A stretch of 63,534 bases of DNA, filler included. It is 6 parts of 6 records of this genome, joined end to end, with 100 filler letters (N's around TTAATTAATTAA, not from the genome) between each part and the next. Parts side by side here need not be neighbours in the genome. Positions count along the whole stretch, not along the records: positions 1 to 12,029 come from SRR2962707_483; positions 12,130 to 29,620 come from SRR2962707_484; 4 more parts are not named here. One strand, written 5' to 3'. The notes beneath the pieces were generated by a model that saw nothing but the letters and a program-made list of their open reading frames with translations, was not told where the DNA came from and searched no databases. The position numbers and the translations under genes were made by a program. Shown here piece after piece: positions 1 to 12,805 of the stretch; positions within the stretch are counted from its first letter, which is position 1; each line of letters starts with the position of its first letter.

Positions 1-26
1 ACAACAACAACAACAACAACAACAAC
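1..26. repeat. (CAA)n microsatellite at contig start
   Basis: acaacaacaa... run; the contig begins within it. Confidence 0.9.
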
Positions 27-38
27 TGTCTGCTATCA

Positions 39-764
39 ATGCCCTCGCTCACCCCCACGCACAGCTCGCTCAAGTCCCTTCGTTTGGTATCAGCGTCCTC
101 TCTTTCAGCAGCGACTTGGCAGTCTGCGCGTTCAGTGCCGCTTCCACCTCGCTCTTCCGCGATCCAGCTCAAGAGGTCTCCCAAGAAAGTGAGAAGAGCA
201 GAGCCAGGAACGAGAAGCGTCACAACAACAGCGCGGCGGAGAGCGGGGCAAGGTGGCGCTAGACTCCGCGCAGCAAGCAGCGCTGTCGTCAAAGGCAGTG
301 AGACAACAGCAACACGGAACACTCACGCAGCAGCACCAACAGCAGAAGCGGCAGCAGAAGTGGCAGCAGCAGCAGCTGAGCAATCCGATGAGAGGAACCA
401 CCACCACCACCACCACCACCAGCAATGGGTGAAAGCGAAGAGAGCGAAGGCGCTTGAGCGAGCGAAGGCGCGCCAGAAAGTGGAGGAAGAAGCGGTGGAG
501 GAGGCGGCTCGTGCTGCGGCCAAGGCTGAGGATGAGAGGGCGGCGCGCCAGTTGCAAACGCAGCGCTTGCGGAGCAGGCTGCGAATGAAAGAGAAGCAAC
601 AGAAAGCAGAGGCGGAAGCTCAGGCTCGTCGAGAGTGGGCGCAAAAGTATCGCGAGGAGGAGGCTCGAAAACTGAGAGCAGCAGACACTGCGCGACGGTG
701 GCGCGTGCGTCGCAACAGCAGCAGACGCAGTGGCAGTGACGGCACCAGCCGGGCCTCGCCTTGA
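39..764 (+). CDS. Eukaryotic hypothetical protein, Glu/Ala/Arg-rich coiled coil with His8 run; 3' structure uncertain (possibly spliced at ~705-777)
   Basis: 241-aa ORF with helical E/A/R/K composition; possible intron GTGCGT...TTTTGCACAG would give WR|NAHVISCFNIW. Confidence 0.45.
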   Translation: MPSLTPTHSSLKSLRLVSASSLSAATWQSARSVPLPPRSSAIQLKRSPKKVRRAEPGTRSVTTTARRRAGQGGARLRAASSAVVKGSETTATRNTHAAAPTAEAAAEVAAAAAEQSDERNHHHHHHHQQWVKAKRAKALERAKARQKVEEEAVEEAARAAAKAEDERAARQLQTQRLRSRLRMKEKQQKAEAEAQARREWAQKYREEEARKLRAADTARRWRVRRNSSRRSGSDGTSRASP

Positions 765-1455
765 GCATTTTGCACAGAATGCGCATGTCATTTCATGTTT
801 CAACATTTGGTGCGCAAGGCTCCAGTGCATCTATTATTATTTATTGTCATCCCGAACCCACGCGCACAACGTACATTTTAATACGTTTCTAGTGTTTCCA
901 TGCATGCGAGCGTGAGATGACGTGGGGGGCAGTGTTCCCGCGTTGAGATGGACACCCACGGCGGAACATTGAAGTGACTTTGAGCAAGAGGGCTTTCCGT
1001 CTCAACCCATGGCCGCGTATCCGTCACACAATTGAATCTGTTCGCAATGCGAACATCACAATCAGTGTTTCCATCAACAGCCACGAAAGACAGTCTGCCA
1101 CTCTCCCGCTCATGTTTTCAATGATCCGCTCCGGAGCACCCGCAAACCCGTGCTTGAAGTGACTTTGTGCCGGCAAAATTGTGAACAAGCCACAGCGAGG
1201 TGTATGTAGTTGCTGGCACTGCGTCAGGCAGTCGCTGTCGACGACCTGATTTCGTGCTGCAACAATCAACTCCACCAGTGCCATAGCGTTTGCTCATTCT
1301 GGTAATCTTGCCGGCGTCATGTTTTCAAGCAAAGGGTCAGCCAAGCACACACGCTCCACCAAAATCGGGCCACTTGTTTCCCCAAAAACTGGAAAAAAAA
1401 AACAAAAAAAAAAACTAAAACAACACCAAAGGCGCACGCATGCCGTCCCAAAGCG

Positions 1456-4400
1456 TCAATTCATGCCCACAGACGTTGCTTCGCCCGCCGCGGATGCTCG
1501 CTGCTTTTCCTGATACCAATCGAGAAGGTAAATAAGGAGCTGCCGCTGAGCACTCACCACGCGCATGAGATCCATGGCTGCATCCATGCTGGCCAGATTT
1601 CCCGCCGCGCCTGGACGAGGCGTCACTGCATCGATTGTCTCATCGGCGAAAAGGTTCGGAGCAACGCACACCGCAAAGTTGGCTTTTGTCATCTTGTTTT
1701 GCGTAGACTGTGACGCAACCACAACCCCAATGGCAAGCAGGAACTCAAGAGTCGCCCGCTGCCTTGGTGTTCGCGTTGCGAGCACAGGTTCAACCACCTC
1801 GTCAAGTCCCACGCGGGTGGATTCAGCCCCCACAGACCTGTGGGGAAGTTCAGCAATAGCATCTACCACACGCAGCACCTTGACACCGGCAAGCAGCCTG
1901 TCGTGCTGTGGCAGTTCGCGTAACCACTGTTTAATAACGTTTGCAACCACATGCACATCGTCTGACGAGACTTCCACAGATTCGCCAGCCTCGAGCGCGG
2001 CTCGGAGCTCGTCATATCGCCGTTTTTCACCAGACACTCGAAAGATCCCATCCACACCTACATGCGCCTGAACTGCAGCCCACAGTTGTGCCAACACCAC
2101 AGGCACCTTTGCGCCATCGACCACTGGAACCTGCTCCAAAGGCACTCCGAAATGGGCGCCGCGCGGCACCATAATGGTGGACGCCTCACTGCTCGCGGCA
2201 TCAGCAACTGCGGGGAAGCTACTCTGCCCCCCGCTTGCCGCCACAACCAGTTCTTCAGCAGCCTCATCCTGCTCCGCCAGCAAGGTTTTCTCAGCATCCC
2301 GCAAAAGATCGCCAAGCTCATCGTTGCCACCGTCGACGTTCACAACCTCGAGTGAAATCAACTGTTCAAGGGCAACTACAGCGTATGCAAGGAACCGTCG
2401 TCGCGAAACAACAGTGAAGTTGCGTGCGGCAGTGCGCGGTGTTTCTGCACCACGCAACGCCTTCTCCTCCTCAGTATCAGCTCCAGCGTCGTCGGCCTCC
2501 ATTGCAGCATCATCAAGCATGAGCATGCCAAACAACAAGGCGTCAGAGTTGCGCTTCCGCACTGCCTCCTCCGTAGTGGTGTCCTGCATCAACCGCGCCA
2601 ATATTGCTTCCACCTCAGCGGCCTCCGCCGCATGCGGACCAGCAAAACGCGGAGCGCCACGCAAAGTTTCGGCCATTAGCCGCGCTAGCTCAACGTGCAC
2701 AGCACATGCCGTGACGTCACCACGGTCTGGACCCTCTGGCCCGTAGGCTTCTTGCGGAGAATGTTTGTGTGGAGACGGAAGACGTGGAGAGCCGGCGCTT
2801 GAAGGCGCTTCCATGGTGGAAGCCCAGATTTTGAGAAGTTGCGCGCGTGTGATGGCTGTTTGGACGTACTCAAACCACGTCTGCGCATTTCGCCACGCTT
2901 CGGTCGTCGCATGCGCGGCATCGAAGGCGTCAGTTGCATCAGCGGCAGCTGCTGCAGCAGCAGCAGCGCTGCCAAAAATGGACCCCTCGTCGTCACCCAT
3001 TCCACCAAGGTAGTCCGGCAACAAACCTTTGGAGCTTAGTCGGCGCAGTGTGTTTGTGTCGACTGCTGTCAGCCGGCGCGACGGATTGCGCGAGTGTGGC
3101 AGCGGAGTGTTGGCGGCTGTCATTGTGATACTTGCCTTTTGAATCGGGCTTTTTGCTCCATCGCTATCGTCGAGTTCAGGAAACGGTGCAGGACTGTTCG
3201 GAAGTCGTAGTACAGAAGCTCGCCGAACCGCATCGTCATAGCGCAAAGCAGCAGCTGTGTTGGCTCCGGCGAAAGAAGCCCGACGGGTATGCACTTGCAG
3301 CGCGTGGATGCTCTGGCGCCGTTTCTCTTCGTACCCCTCAATCTCTGCAGCAGCCGCTGACTCATCGTCTGCCAGCAACCGTAGTGCAGATTGTCGGCGA
3401 GTTGCAAGGAGAGCGAGCACTTTCTGCTCCTTCTCCATGAGCTGCAGCAATGCCATCGATGCCCGCTCACGCTTTTCAACCACCTCCGTGGCTGACAGCC
3501 CATCGAGATACCTGTCGGCACGTTCGGGCAACAACGGCGAGCATCGTGGCCAAGGGTGAGCATCGCGAAAACATGACCGCCGCAGTGCTGACCAGCGCAT
3601 TTGTACCATGTCACGTACTCTCGACGCTTGGATGCTTCAGCCCTTCGCAATGTCGCCCGCGCCTCACTTGGGAGGCTTCTACGATGCCCGTGGTCGTCAG
3701 TGTGCAGGTTTCCGAATTGACGGTCTGCCTTTAACTCTGCCTGAGCGACAAGAGCTTTGACAATGTGTTCCTTTGCCGCCCGTTTGGTGCCATGGGCGCG
3801 GACTTCGGCCTTGATGACCTCGCGCCCTTTCTCTGTGTTCAATGCGTACCGCAAGTGCAGCAACGCTTTTTGAACAAAGCGACGCACATATCTGAAGTAG
3901 CACGAAAAGCATGAAAGCAATGTCAAGTCTTGTTCAAAGTGCACAAGCACCAGCAATGCAGAGCACACGCAAACACTCGTACGTGAGCTTAAAGTCAATT
4001 GTGGTTCGTCGAAGAGTTCCATGTGGACTCCGAACTTCCACAACATCACCATCAATCATGGACTGAGTTGATCGCAACGCTGCATGCCCAGCGTGGGTCG
4101 CTCCTGTGAATTCAGCTGACAGGCGGCGCGCCACAGTATCTGGAACGCTCAGGCTCCGCAACAGTGGTGCATTGCCTCCGCTGCCAACTCCGACCGGTCG
4201 GGCGCGTGCAAAAGGAGACTGCGATGGTCGCTGCGTCAGTGCTGCGGTCAAGTCTCGGCCGTCGTGAGCTAGCAAGTCATCGAAGTTGATGATTCCGTCA
4301 TCTGCAGTTTCATCTCCAGCCAACTCTGCCACATAGTGGGCTCCAAGAGTCCCGTCTTCTGGAGTTTCGTCCTCCGGGACCTGCAAGTCAAGAACGATGG

Positions 4401-7400
4401 CAATGATCAAACATGATCAACAAGCACACACCAGCACACAACAGTATGGTGCTGGTAGCGCAGGACTACAAAATATCCGTCACCCACTCGCACACACCTC
4501 GAAAAGCCCGATTGTCGACTCCATAGCCTCAAACTCTTTCTGGTGCTCACGAATCTCCTCCTGCAAGGCATCATACTCGGCTTGGAGGCGGCGTACGTCC
4601 TCTGCAGCTGCTTTGGCCTCGTCGGACAACCCAGCATCATCTTCTTCAACATTGGACTGCTCGCTGACAGCGTCGCTCTCATCGCCTGCTAGCAATGCCA
4701 AAGTCCGTTCCAGCTCCTGTGCTTCATGATCCATTGTCTGCGCCATGCCGGTGACCTTAGCTTCCAACCGACGCCCTCGCCGTACACTGTCAGCCAAGGC
4801 TGCGCTTGCAACGGAGTTTTCTGCAGAATGTCCGCCTGTAAGCTTCGCAAGTAAGCCATTCACAACGTCCCGTCGGACATGGTCGGCCTCAGGATCTTCG
4901 GATGCCCCGAGCACGCTGGCAGTAGACGCTACAACAGCACGAATTCCAGCCAACAGGTCCTGCGGAGACACTTGTTGGCCTTCATCTGCCGAATTAGAGA
5001 GCAAGAGTTCGACCAGCCGCTGCTGGTCCCGGTTTTCCTGCAAAGCACGTCGCATAGCTTCTGCAGGCTCAAAATCAGTTCCGTCATCCGAGTCAGAGTC
5101 CTCGGCCAATTGTGTTAGCACGTCTTGCAGTACTGCATCAGCTTCAGTCTCGGACTGTTTCAATTCTTGCAGTACCTGGCGCAGAAGCTCGCGACATCTT
5201 TCAGCAGATGCATCTCCATGCGCTAACCACGTTTCGTAGTACGCCTGTCGCTCCTCCGCCAGGCCACCGTACCATTCACCTAGCTCTTTCGCGGAGTCCT
5301 GCAGCCGTTTAGCTCGCGCTGCCAATTCAGCGTCAGCATCATCTGCCTCGACAGCAGCACCAACCGCTTCCGAACCAGCAATCGCAGTTAGACGCGACGC
5401 GCAGTCGCCAACCATTGCATAGTCGTCCACAATCGTCGCCACTTTTTCCCGATCAGCGTTTGTTGGCAATAGCAGCTGATCGACAGGGATGGGTTTCCCT
5501 GAGCTCTGTGCTTCTCGGTAGGCAGATACAGCGTCGACAATTGGAGTTTGTTCCCCTCCGGTTACCCCATGAATACCATCGCCTGCAAAACCTTCTGCTT
5601 CTTTCACCCCTGCTCTTTGCTTCCATTTCTCTGCATTCGACTTCGCCCATTCGACTTCTGCCTCTGCTTGGGCCACAGCAGCTTCCATGAGTTCATTGGC
5701 ACGGACACGCGCCTTGCGTGCTGCCGCCGCTTTTTCGGCTACGGACTTCGCTTCCATTTCGCGAAGGGCTTCCTTTGCAGCAGCTTCTGCCGCGATGCGA
5801 GCTTGATTTGCTGCTTCAAGATCCGCCTCTGCCTGACGTTCAGTAGATTTCAACGCAGCAGCCATCTTTGCCTGCTCTGCCTCTGTGGCCGCTTGTGCAG
5901 CTGCAAGAGCATCCTCATGCGCGGCGCGCATGGCTTTAATCTCGGCATCCCGGGCATCAGCCTCCGCCTGCAGGGCAGCAGTTTTGTCCGCTGCCAAAGC
6001 CGCTTTCGTTGCGGCGGCTTCGAAGGCAGCTTCTGCAGTAAGTCGTTGTACTTCTTGAGCCGAAAGCTTCAGAGCAAGATCGTGAGCCTCCCGCTGAAGT
6101 CTCTTGGCATCAGAAATACGTGCTGCATCCGAGGATAGCGGGTCCGCGTCATCAAGTACTCCCGCACAAGCTGAGAGCAGCCCATCAACATTCGCTTCAA
6201 ACGCTTGCAGGCGGCTTATCCGGGACGCAAAAACCTCGGCGTGAGCCAATGTTGGCTCACCACCCGCTTTGGCCTGTGTTTGCCCCCTGGTTTCAGTTTC
6301 GTCATTGGAGTCAAGCGAAGTGTCGTTCAATTCTTGAGTGGAATCGGCAGGGGAGTTGCTCCCGAAAGCAGTGGTGGCACCCTCGTCGCCCTCATCGTTG
6401 TTGCTGTGGGCATCCACATCGTCGGCAGTGTGAGGGTCGGCACTTTGGAGCGAACCAAAATCCTCAACGATTACACCGGCCGTGGTGCTCGAGCCAGCAG
6501 GGTGTTCGTCCCGGCACTCAGACAGCAGACTGCGTCCGTGGCGTCGCAGTAGCTCAAGATCTTGGCGGAGCCGAACACGTGCGTTCTCCACCTCAACTTT
6601 AAAATCGCGTTGAGCCTTCCTCAGCTCCTTCAAGTATGCTTCAGCATTCAAAATCGTCTCGTTTCCATCAGTGCAATTTGCGGATTGCGCTCGAGAAAGC
6701 TCGGCCTCAAGGCGTGCAATGCCATCTTCGTGTGCGCGAAGCTGCAAAGCTGCTGCTTGTGCGGCATCGCCAATTGGCCCAATCTCTGATGTCACCTGGT
6801 CACTGTCACGGGTGGGGCAATTTTCTCCATGAGTCTTCGCACGCCGCTCAAGCAGCGCGTCGGCACGATTTTTGGCAGCCTGAACCGCCGAAGCAACGGT
6901 CATGTGGCATTCACGTAAGCGATCGTTTGCCTCCCGCTCGGCGGCCTTGTCCTCAGCTTCCTTTTGCTCTTGGGCTGCAGCCATCGCAGCTTCCGCGGCT
7001 GCGGCTTCATCTTCTGCCGCCACTTTAGCGGCGGCTACATCTTTCAAGCGACGCTCAGCCTCCACCCGTGTTTCTCGTTCTTCCCGTAGCAATCCCTCAC
7101 GAGCGTCCACTTCGGACTGAAGTCGCTCAACTTCAGCGGCGGCGGATTTCTCAGCCTCCCTCAGTTTGGCCTGAAGTTCTTCCTCACGCTGCAGGCCTGT
7201 TCGGACTTGTTGAGCTGCTTCTTCCTTGGCTTGGAGCTCGGCGTCACCCCGCACCTTTGCTTTCGACAGTTCCAACTGGAGTTTTGGCACAAGAGCGGCG
7301 GCTGCAGCAAGAGCGGTTGCCTTGGTTGCTTCTTGAACCATGGTGCTGGCCAGACAATCGAGGCCCTCGCGGAGCGCCGCTCTTGCATGCTCCACAGCGA

Positions 7401-10400
7401 GTACGTCTCGCTGATCGTCTTTGCCATCAACGCTCATGAACGGCAAGAACGCGTCCAGACTGGACTGTAGTGTGCGTGCAGCTGCGACTGCATCCCGCAC
7501 ACTACCCAAGCGAGAGGCGTCTGGGTTCGTCTGATCCTCTTTCTCCTCGCTCAGAGATTCAATGCGCTTGGTGGCCACTTCGAAGGCTGTCGTATCAGCT
7601 TTCAAAGTGCGTAATCGAGCATTGCCTTCCATATTGATGAAATTATCAAGGAATTCGCAGCGCCGTTGAGCTTCCTGTGCTACTGGGTCATTAGGAGGTA
7701 CACCGTCGCTGATTGATTGGGCGAGCTCCTTGCCGAGCAGCATTCTCGCAGTGCGGGGGCGTGAGAATGTGATGTTTCCACCGTCCACAGCATCACTACG
7801 ACCGGCGTCTTTGTCAAGTCCAAGCGCGGTTTTGAGCCGGTCCAGATTGCAATAACCCAAGAATCGTTCCAGGCGCTCAAGAGCCTGCTGCTGCTTGGTG
7901 TTGGCAGCCGCTTTTGCGGCTTTCATGGCCTCCTCAATCTCACGCGCCAGTTCGCTTTTTGTGAATTCTAGTTCAGCCTCGGCACCTCTCACCCTTTCCT
8001 TCTGCGACGCACGCGATTGCTCCTCTCGCTGACGCAAGGCCGCTTGCACACCCTTTCGCACGTCACGCAGCCTTTCGAGCAATCCCCGTATCCCAGTCCT
8101 GCCATTGGTCGGTTCTGTGTCATCGCTATCGGCTGAGTTCTCAGGCAAGGTACCAGTAGTAATAGCTTCTGATGTTGCCGAAAAAATCATATCTTCTAGT
8201 TGACACAGCTCTGCACTGTCAATTCCAGCACTACCAGCCGAACGAACAGCCCCCTCCGCAACACGTACAACTCCAGCCAGCGTGTCCTCAACTATGTTGC
8301 GCTGCTTTTCTCGCGCAGCGAGAGCATCACGGCGAGCAGCTTGGACTTCCTCCAAAAGTCGCTCCCCATCCTCAACTAAGGCTGCAGCGTCTTGGGCACG
8401 CTTTATGGTCGGGAACTTGTACCTAAACACGCAAATCCAGGCACGAGGGATACAGCCCAGTGAAAAGCCAGCGGTGGAGGCGACCACAAAAAAAAAAAAA
8501 GGCAAGGCGGGTTCAAGCGAAGACCAACTCAAAGTGTAATCACCCGAGCTTGGCAATTCCGTCGAGAACATCTCGGAGCAACGGGCACAGTAAGCTCGCT
8601 AACTCTGGGACGTGGCCTTGGGCTTCGACTGCCTTCGGATTGCCGTCGCGACCAACTCCACCGGCACTTGTTGGCAAGAGTGCACGACCATCGTCCATCA
8701 AACGGCGTAGAAGATCTTCTAGTGTTGTACGACCGTGACCCACTGCAAAATTGACCTGATCAGTGAGCACCTTTACTTCCTGCTGCAGAGCATCCTTATC
8801 TGCCCGCACCACAGACATTGCCTGTTGCAAACTGGCCTCCTTTTCGTCATGCTGCTGCTCCAGGGAATTTAAAGCGTCCCCGAGCCGAACCACTTCTGCC
8901 TGCTCAAGCCGTAAGTGCTCGCCGAGCTTCTCGGCTTGGGCGAACAAAGCCTGTCGCTCACTCTCGTGCGCAGAGGCCAAAGAGTCCAGCTGCACTGCCC
9001 CTTGTGCTGTGCATCTGTCGATGAAGGCTGTAAACGCATTTCCGTCAGGGGGGATTCCCGCGCATGCCTGCCGCAATAGTGCAAGCGTGCCATTGACAGC
9101 TGCACGTCGTCGCGACGCCGCTGCCACGGCTTCGGAGGCCTCATCATCGCCACTGTGCTTGCCGGCTTGACTATCTTTTCCTGCTGCTGCGTCAGGTCCA
9201 GGTGTAGCAGCAGCAACAGCGATTTCATTCAGTGAGTCCTCTAGTCGGTCCATCCACAGCTGTGTGCCAGGGATCTCCGCATCAGTTGCGGATTCGTGCT
9301 TGGCATCGTCCTCCGCAAGGAGGTCGTCGATTCGCGCGAGACGGGTTCGTGCTTGCGACACGAATGAGTCGTTGGTGTCAATGTCGGCAGCATCGCAAGC
9401 GAACAGCAAGCTGCGAAGTTGACGTCGCAATTGTTTGAGGTCTTCACTTGCTGGTTGGACAAACTGAAACTCGGCAAATGGGGGCGCAGATGGCTGCGAT
9501 TGTTCCGTTCGCGTAGCGGCTTCGTTCGACTTGTCCGAAACGTGCACTGCCTGAGGCATGTTGGGTTGGTGTTCGGCCACCCTGGAAGGCTGAGCTGACT
9601 CGGTGTTCGGCTGCTGCTTCAGCTTTCTTCTCGCCTCATTCAGGTCGACAGCATCAACCCCCTCGCTTACCTGCCGCTGCAGTTCTGCCTGAACGCGCGA
9701 AGCTGTCTCAGCCAAAGCATCGCGCTCTTTGCGTACGGTGCCCATTTCCGCTTCAAGTGCGCTGCACCGAGCCTCAAGATCACCTACTTTACCGTATGCT
9801 TTTGCAAGGCTGTCGTTGAGAGTATCTGATAGTGTCGCTGCCTCTACTTTGGTTGAATCCAACTCTTCGCGTAAACACTCTGAGGCAGCGCGCTCTTCCT
9901 GCAGCTCGTTTGCTAAAATGTTGTTTTTTTCTCTTGCTTGTGCAACTACTTCCTCCAAGGCTTCAATATCCGCATGTAATGTCGCTTGTTCGTCTGCCGC
10001 GCGATCTGCCGCATCTTCATGCTCTTGAATTTCTCTTTGCAGCTGCTCCACAGTGCCAGCAAGGGCGTCTTTCTCGGACTCTGCCTTCGTAACAGCCTCA
10101 CGTAGTCGATCCACTTGTGACAATGATTTTTGACGCAACTCTTCAGCTTCAGCTTCGAGCTTTTGGCGGCGCTCGCGTGCCTGCCGCTCGTAATGGTCAG
10201 CTGCACCAGCACCATCGCCCGTTGGTTGCACAAGCGCCCCAGAGGCGATGAGCTTGGCAATTGCTGCAATAAGTCTGCGAGCCTCTAAAACTGTCGGGTG
10301 CTCATCATCCACACCAATTGCGACGGCATGGCGCACCTCCTGTTCAAGGTTGGAGCGGAGAGCTTGGCACAAATTGGCTGCACCAGCTGCAGTTTGAGGC

Positions 10401-11755
10401 AGTCCGCTGCTGCCGGGGGACCCGCCTGGCGAGTGACTCACTGGGGACAGGGCACTCCCCACGAGGTTGGAGTTGCCCCGCCACGGATGAGGAGTACCTC
10501 GGTCAAGGGTCAACTGTTTTTGGTCAAATTGCCGGAGAACACGCCGCGCATCCTTGCAAGTGCCTTTCAACCGCGAAAGTGCGAGATCCTCAATTGCGGA
10601 AATCACCTCCTTTCGAGTTTCCGACTCAGCCGAGATATGCGTGTATTCAGGCGGCACTAAAGGGCGATTGTCGTCGACATTACCGGTGCCCGCGAGTGTG
10701 CCGGTGCTGTCAGGAACTGACGTAGGCGTCGCATTGTTCAATTTTGGGCGCGAATGGTCCTTTGGGGGTGAAATTCGACTCTGTTGTTCTTGGTACTGAG
10801 CCTGAAGATCACTCTGGATGTGACTGAGAAAGGACTCGAACTCGTTGGCAGCGTGCGTCGATGGTGAACCGGGAGATGGGAGACGGTGCGAACGGCTGTC
10901 TGGCGACTGACGCTGCTCCTGGCGTGGCAGTGCTGGAGGCTGCCTTTGTCGGCTGCTTCCAGATCCTGACGCGGGCGCTGGCATCGAATATTGCAACACC
11001 GGCTGAACGCGGACCGGTGTGGGTTCTGGTGCAGGTGCCGGCGCAGGTGCCGGCGCAGGTGCTGGCGCAGGCGCGGGTGCCGGTTTCATAACAGGTGTGG
11101 GTGCCGAAGCGGGAGCAACGCGGGGGTCGGATGCGTGGGATCCAGCTGTTACCGTGGATGCTGCCTTGCGCCGCGCTGCTTCCAGTCTTCGAGCCTCGTC
11201 CTCCGGGAACTCAATCGACCCGTCCACAATATTGCTGTGGAGCCAATCATACTTCGGAGCTTCCACCGTCTTGCTCAACACTGTTGGTGCGACCGAAGGG
11301 TTGCGTAGCCCCCACTTGCTCAGATCAAGCGCAGCCCCGCCGCTGCCGACACGCTGGGGGGTGAGCGTTCGTCTGTGCCGTCCTCCAGACCCGGCCGATC
11401 CCTGCCCCCCACGGTTCCAGGGTGAGCTCCCTGAGTGCAAGTTACTGCCCTGTGCCCTCTTGGCTCGTGGGACTTGACTACTTAGACTCGATCCACCCCG
11501 ATAGGGCGGTGCTGTCGTTTTCAAAAGGTGCGAGTGCGGTGCAGCTTTTCCTCTCCCAGCAACTCCGTTGTATGAAGCTGCGCCTGCTGCTGTGTGCGGA
11601 CCCCCGCTATTGAGCGTCGCTGAAGATCTGGGCGTGTACGACGACGACGATGGAGCTTGTGAGGATGACGACGAAGAAGATGACGACGAGTTGGGAAGGG
11701 TGATGTTGATGCTGCCTCGTCGGTTCACGTGGACGTGAGCGCGGCCACCCGACAT
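1456..11755 (-). CDS. Giant (~3,287 aa) coiled-coil protein with C-terminal RhoGAP domain; exons 11755-8544, 8422-4498, 4380-3983, 3891-3619, 3511-1456
   Basis: Four GT-AG introns (8423-8543, 4381-4497, 3892-3982, 3512-3618) join five ORF-track pieces in frame (9864 nt, divisible by 3). RhoGAP motifs FGVPLE..VPVVL, GIFRVSG (arginine finger), DVHVVANVIKQWLRELP, NKMTKANFAVCVAPNLF. Confidence 0.8.
11028..11083 (-). repeat. Coding 6/12-nt tandem repeat encoding a (PA)n linker
   Basis: gcaggtgccggc units; translates as PAPAPAPAPAPAPAPAPAP. Confidence 0.85.
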
Positions 11756-12029
11756 TGTGCCGGCTCGCTCCTCTCTCTTCTACCCAGCCCACTCACTCAC
11801 ACACTTTCTTACTCACTCACTTACTCACTCACAGACCAACTAACTGTCGGCAATCAACGAAGCGGAAGCGGGAGCGGCACAATGTGAGAGGCAGCAGCCG
11901 CCGCCTCGAGTCGAGAAGGACAGAGCTGAGCAGGCGAAAGTCCTATTGTCGGATTTCGGGCACTTTGCTTTGCTTTTGAACGGCCCCGAACCGGAGAAGA
12001 AGAAGAAAAAAAAGAAAAAGAAGAAGAAG

Positions 12030-12129
12030 NNNNNNNNNNNNNNNNNNNNNNNNNNNNNNNNNNNNNNNNNNNNTTAATTAATTAANNNNNNNNNNNNNNN
12101 NNNNNNNNNNNNNNNNNNNNNNNNNNNNN
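12030..12129. other. Artificial contig-joining spacer
   Basis: N44-TTAATTAATTAA-N44, stops in all six frames. Confidence 0.98.
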
Positions 12130-12130
12130 G

Positions 12131-12805
12131 ATGCTTTCTGGTGACCAGAACATCGTGGATGTTCAGTTCTCTGTGCTTTATTCTGTTGTTAATCCGCAGG
12201 ACTATTTGTTCAAAGTGTCAGGTCCTGACGATGTTGTTCGTCAAGTGGCCGAAAGCGCGATGCGTGAAATCGTTGGTCGTCGTCCAGCGCAGGACGTGTT
12301 CCGTGATAATCGTGAAGCGATTGCCGGTGAAGTTCGTTCGTCTATGCAAACAACACTTGATAGCTATGGTACTGGTGTTCAGATAAACACGGTTTCTATC
12401 GAGGATGCTGCACCACCGGCTCAGGTGGCTGATGCGTTTGAAGAAGTTCAGCGTGCGGAGCAGGACGAAGATCGTTTCCGCGAAGAAGCCAATCAGTATT
12501 CTAACCAAAAATTGGGTGCTGCACGCGGTGAAGCCGCGCAGGTTCTTGAAGAAGCATCAGGTTATGCAACCCGTGTTGTTCAAGAAGCTGAGGGTGAAGC
12601 ACAGCGCTTTATCTCTATTTATGACCAATATAAATTGGCCCCAGAAGTGACGCGCAAACGTCTGTTCCTTGAGACGATGGAAGGTGTCTTAAAAGACTCC
12701 AACAAAATCATCATGGACGACAATGGCAATGGTGTTGTGCCTTATCTTCCTTTGCCGGAAGTGCAAAATCGCCAAAATCAGTCTAGCACTGGAGGGCAAA
12801 ACTAA
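12131..12805 (+). CDS. hflK: FtsH protease modulator HflK (5' truncated)
   Basis: SPFH/band-7 sequence MLSGDQNIVDVQF..AESAMREIVG..APEVTRKRLFLETME..VVPYLPL; followed by hflC. Confidence 0.93.
   Translation: MLSGDQNIVDVQFSVLYSVVNPQDYLFKVSGPDDVVRQVAESAMREIVGRRPAQDVFRDNREAIAGEVRSSMQTTLDSYGTGVQINTVSIEDAAPPAQVADAFEEVQRAEQDEDRFREEANQYSNQKLGAARGEAAQVLEEASGYATRVVQEAEGEAQRFISIYDQYKLAPEVTRKRLFLETMEGVLKDSNKIIMDDNGNGVVPYLPLPEVQNRQNQSSTGGQN

Noticed and set aside
11790..11832. (ACTC)n tract, also near 63320, as a shared promoter element
   Set aside because: Opposite orientation relative to the two genes; a simple microsatellite explains it
12074..12085. TTAATTAATTAA recurring five times
   Set aside because: Always embedded in 100-nt N spacers; an assembly linker, not a biological repeat
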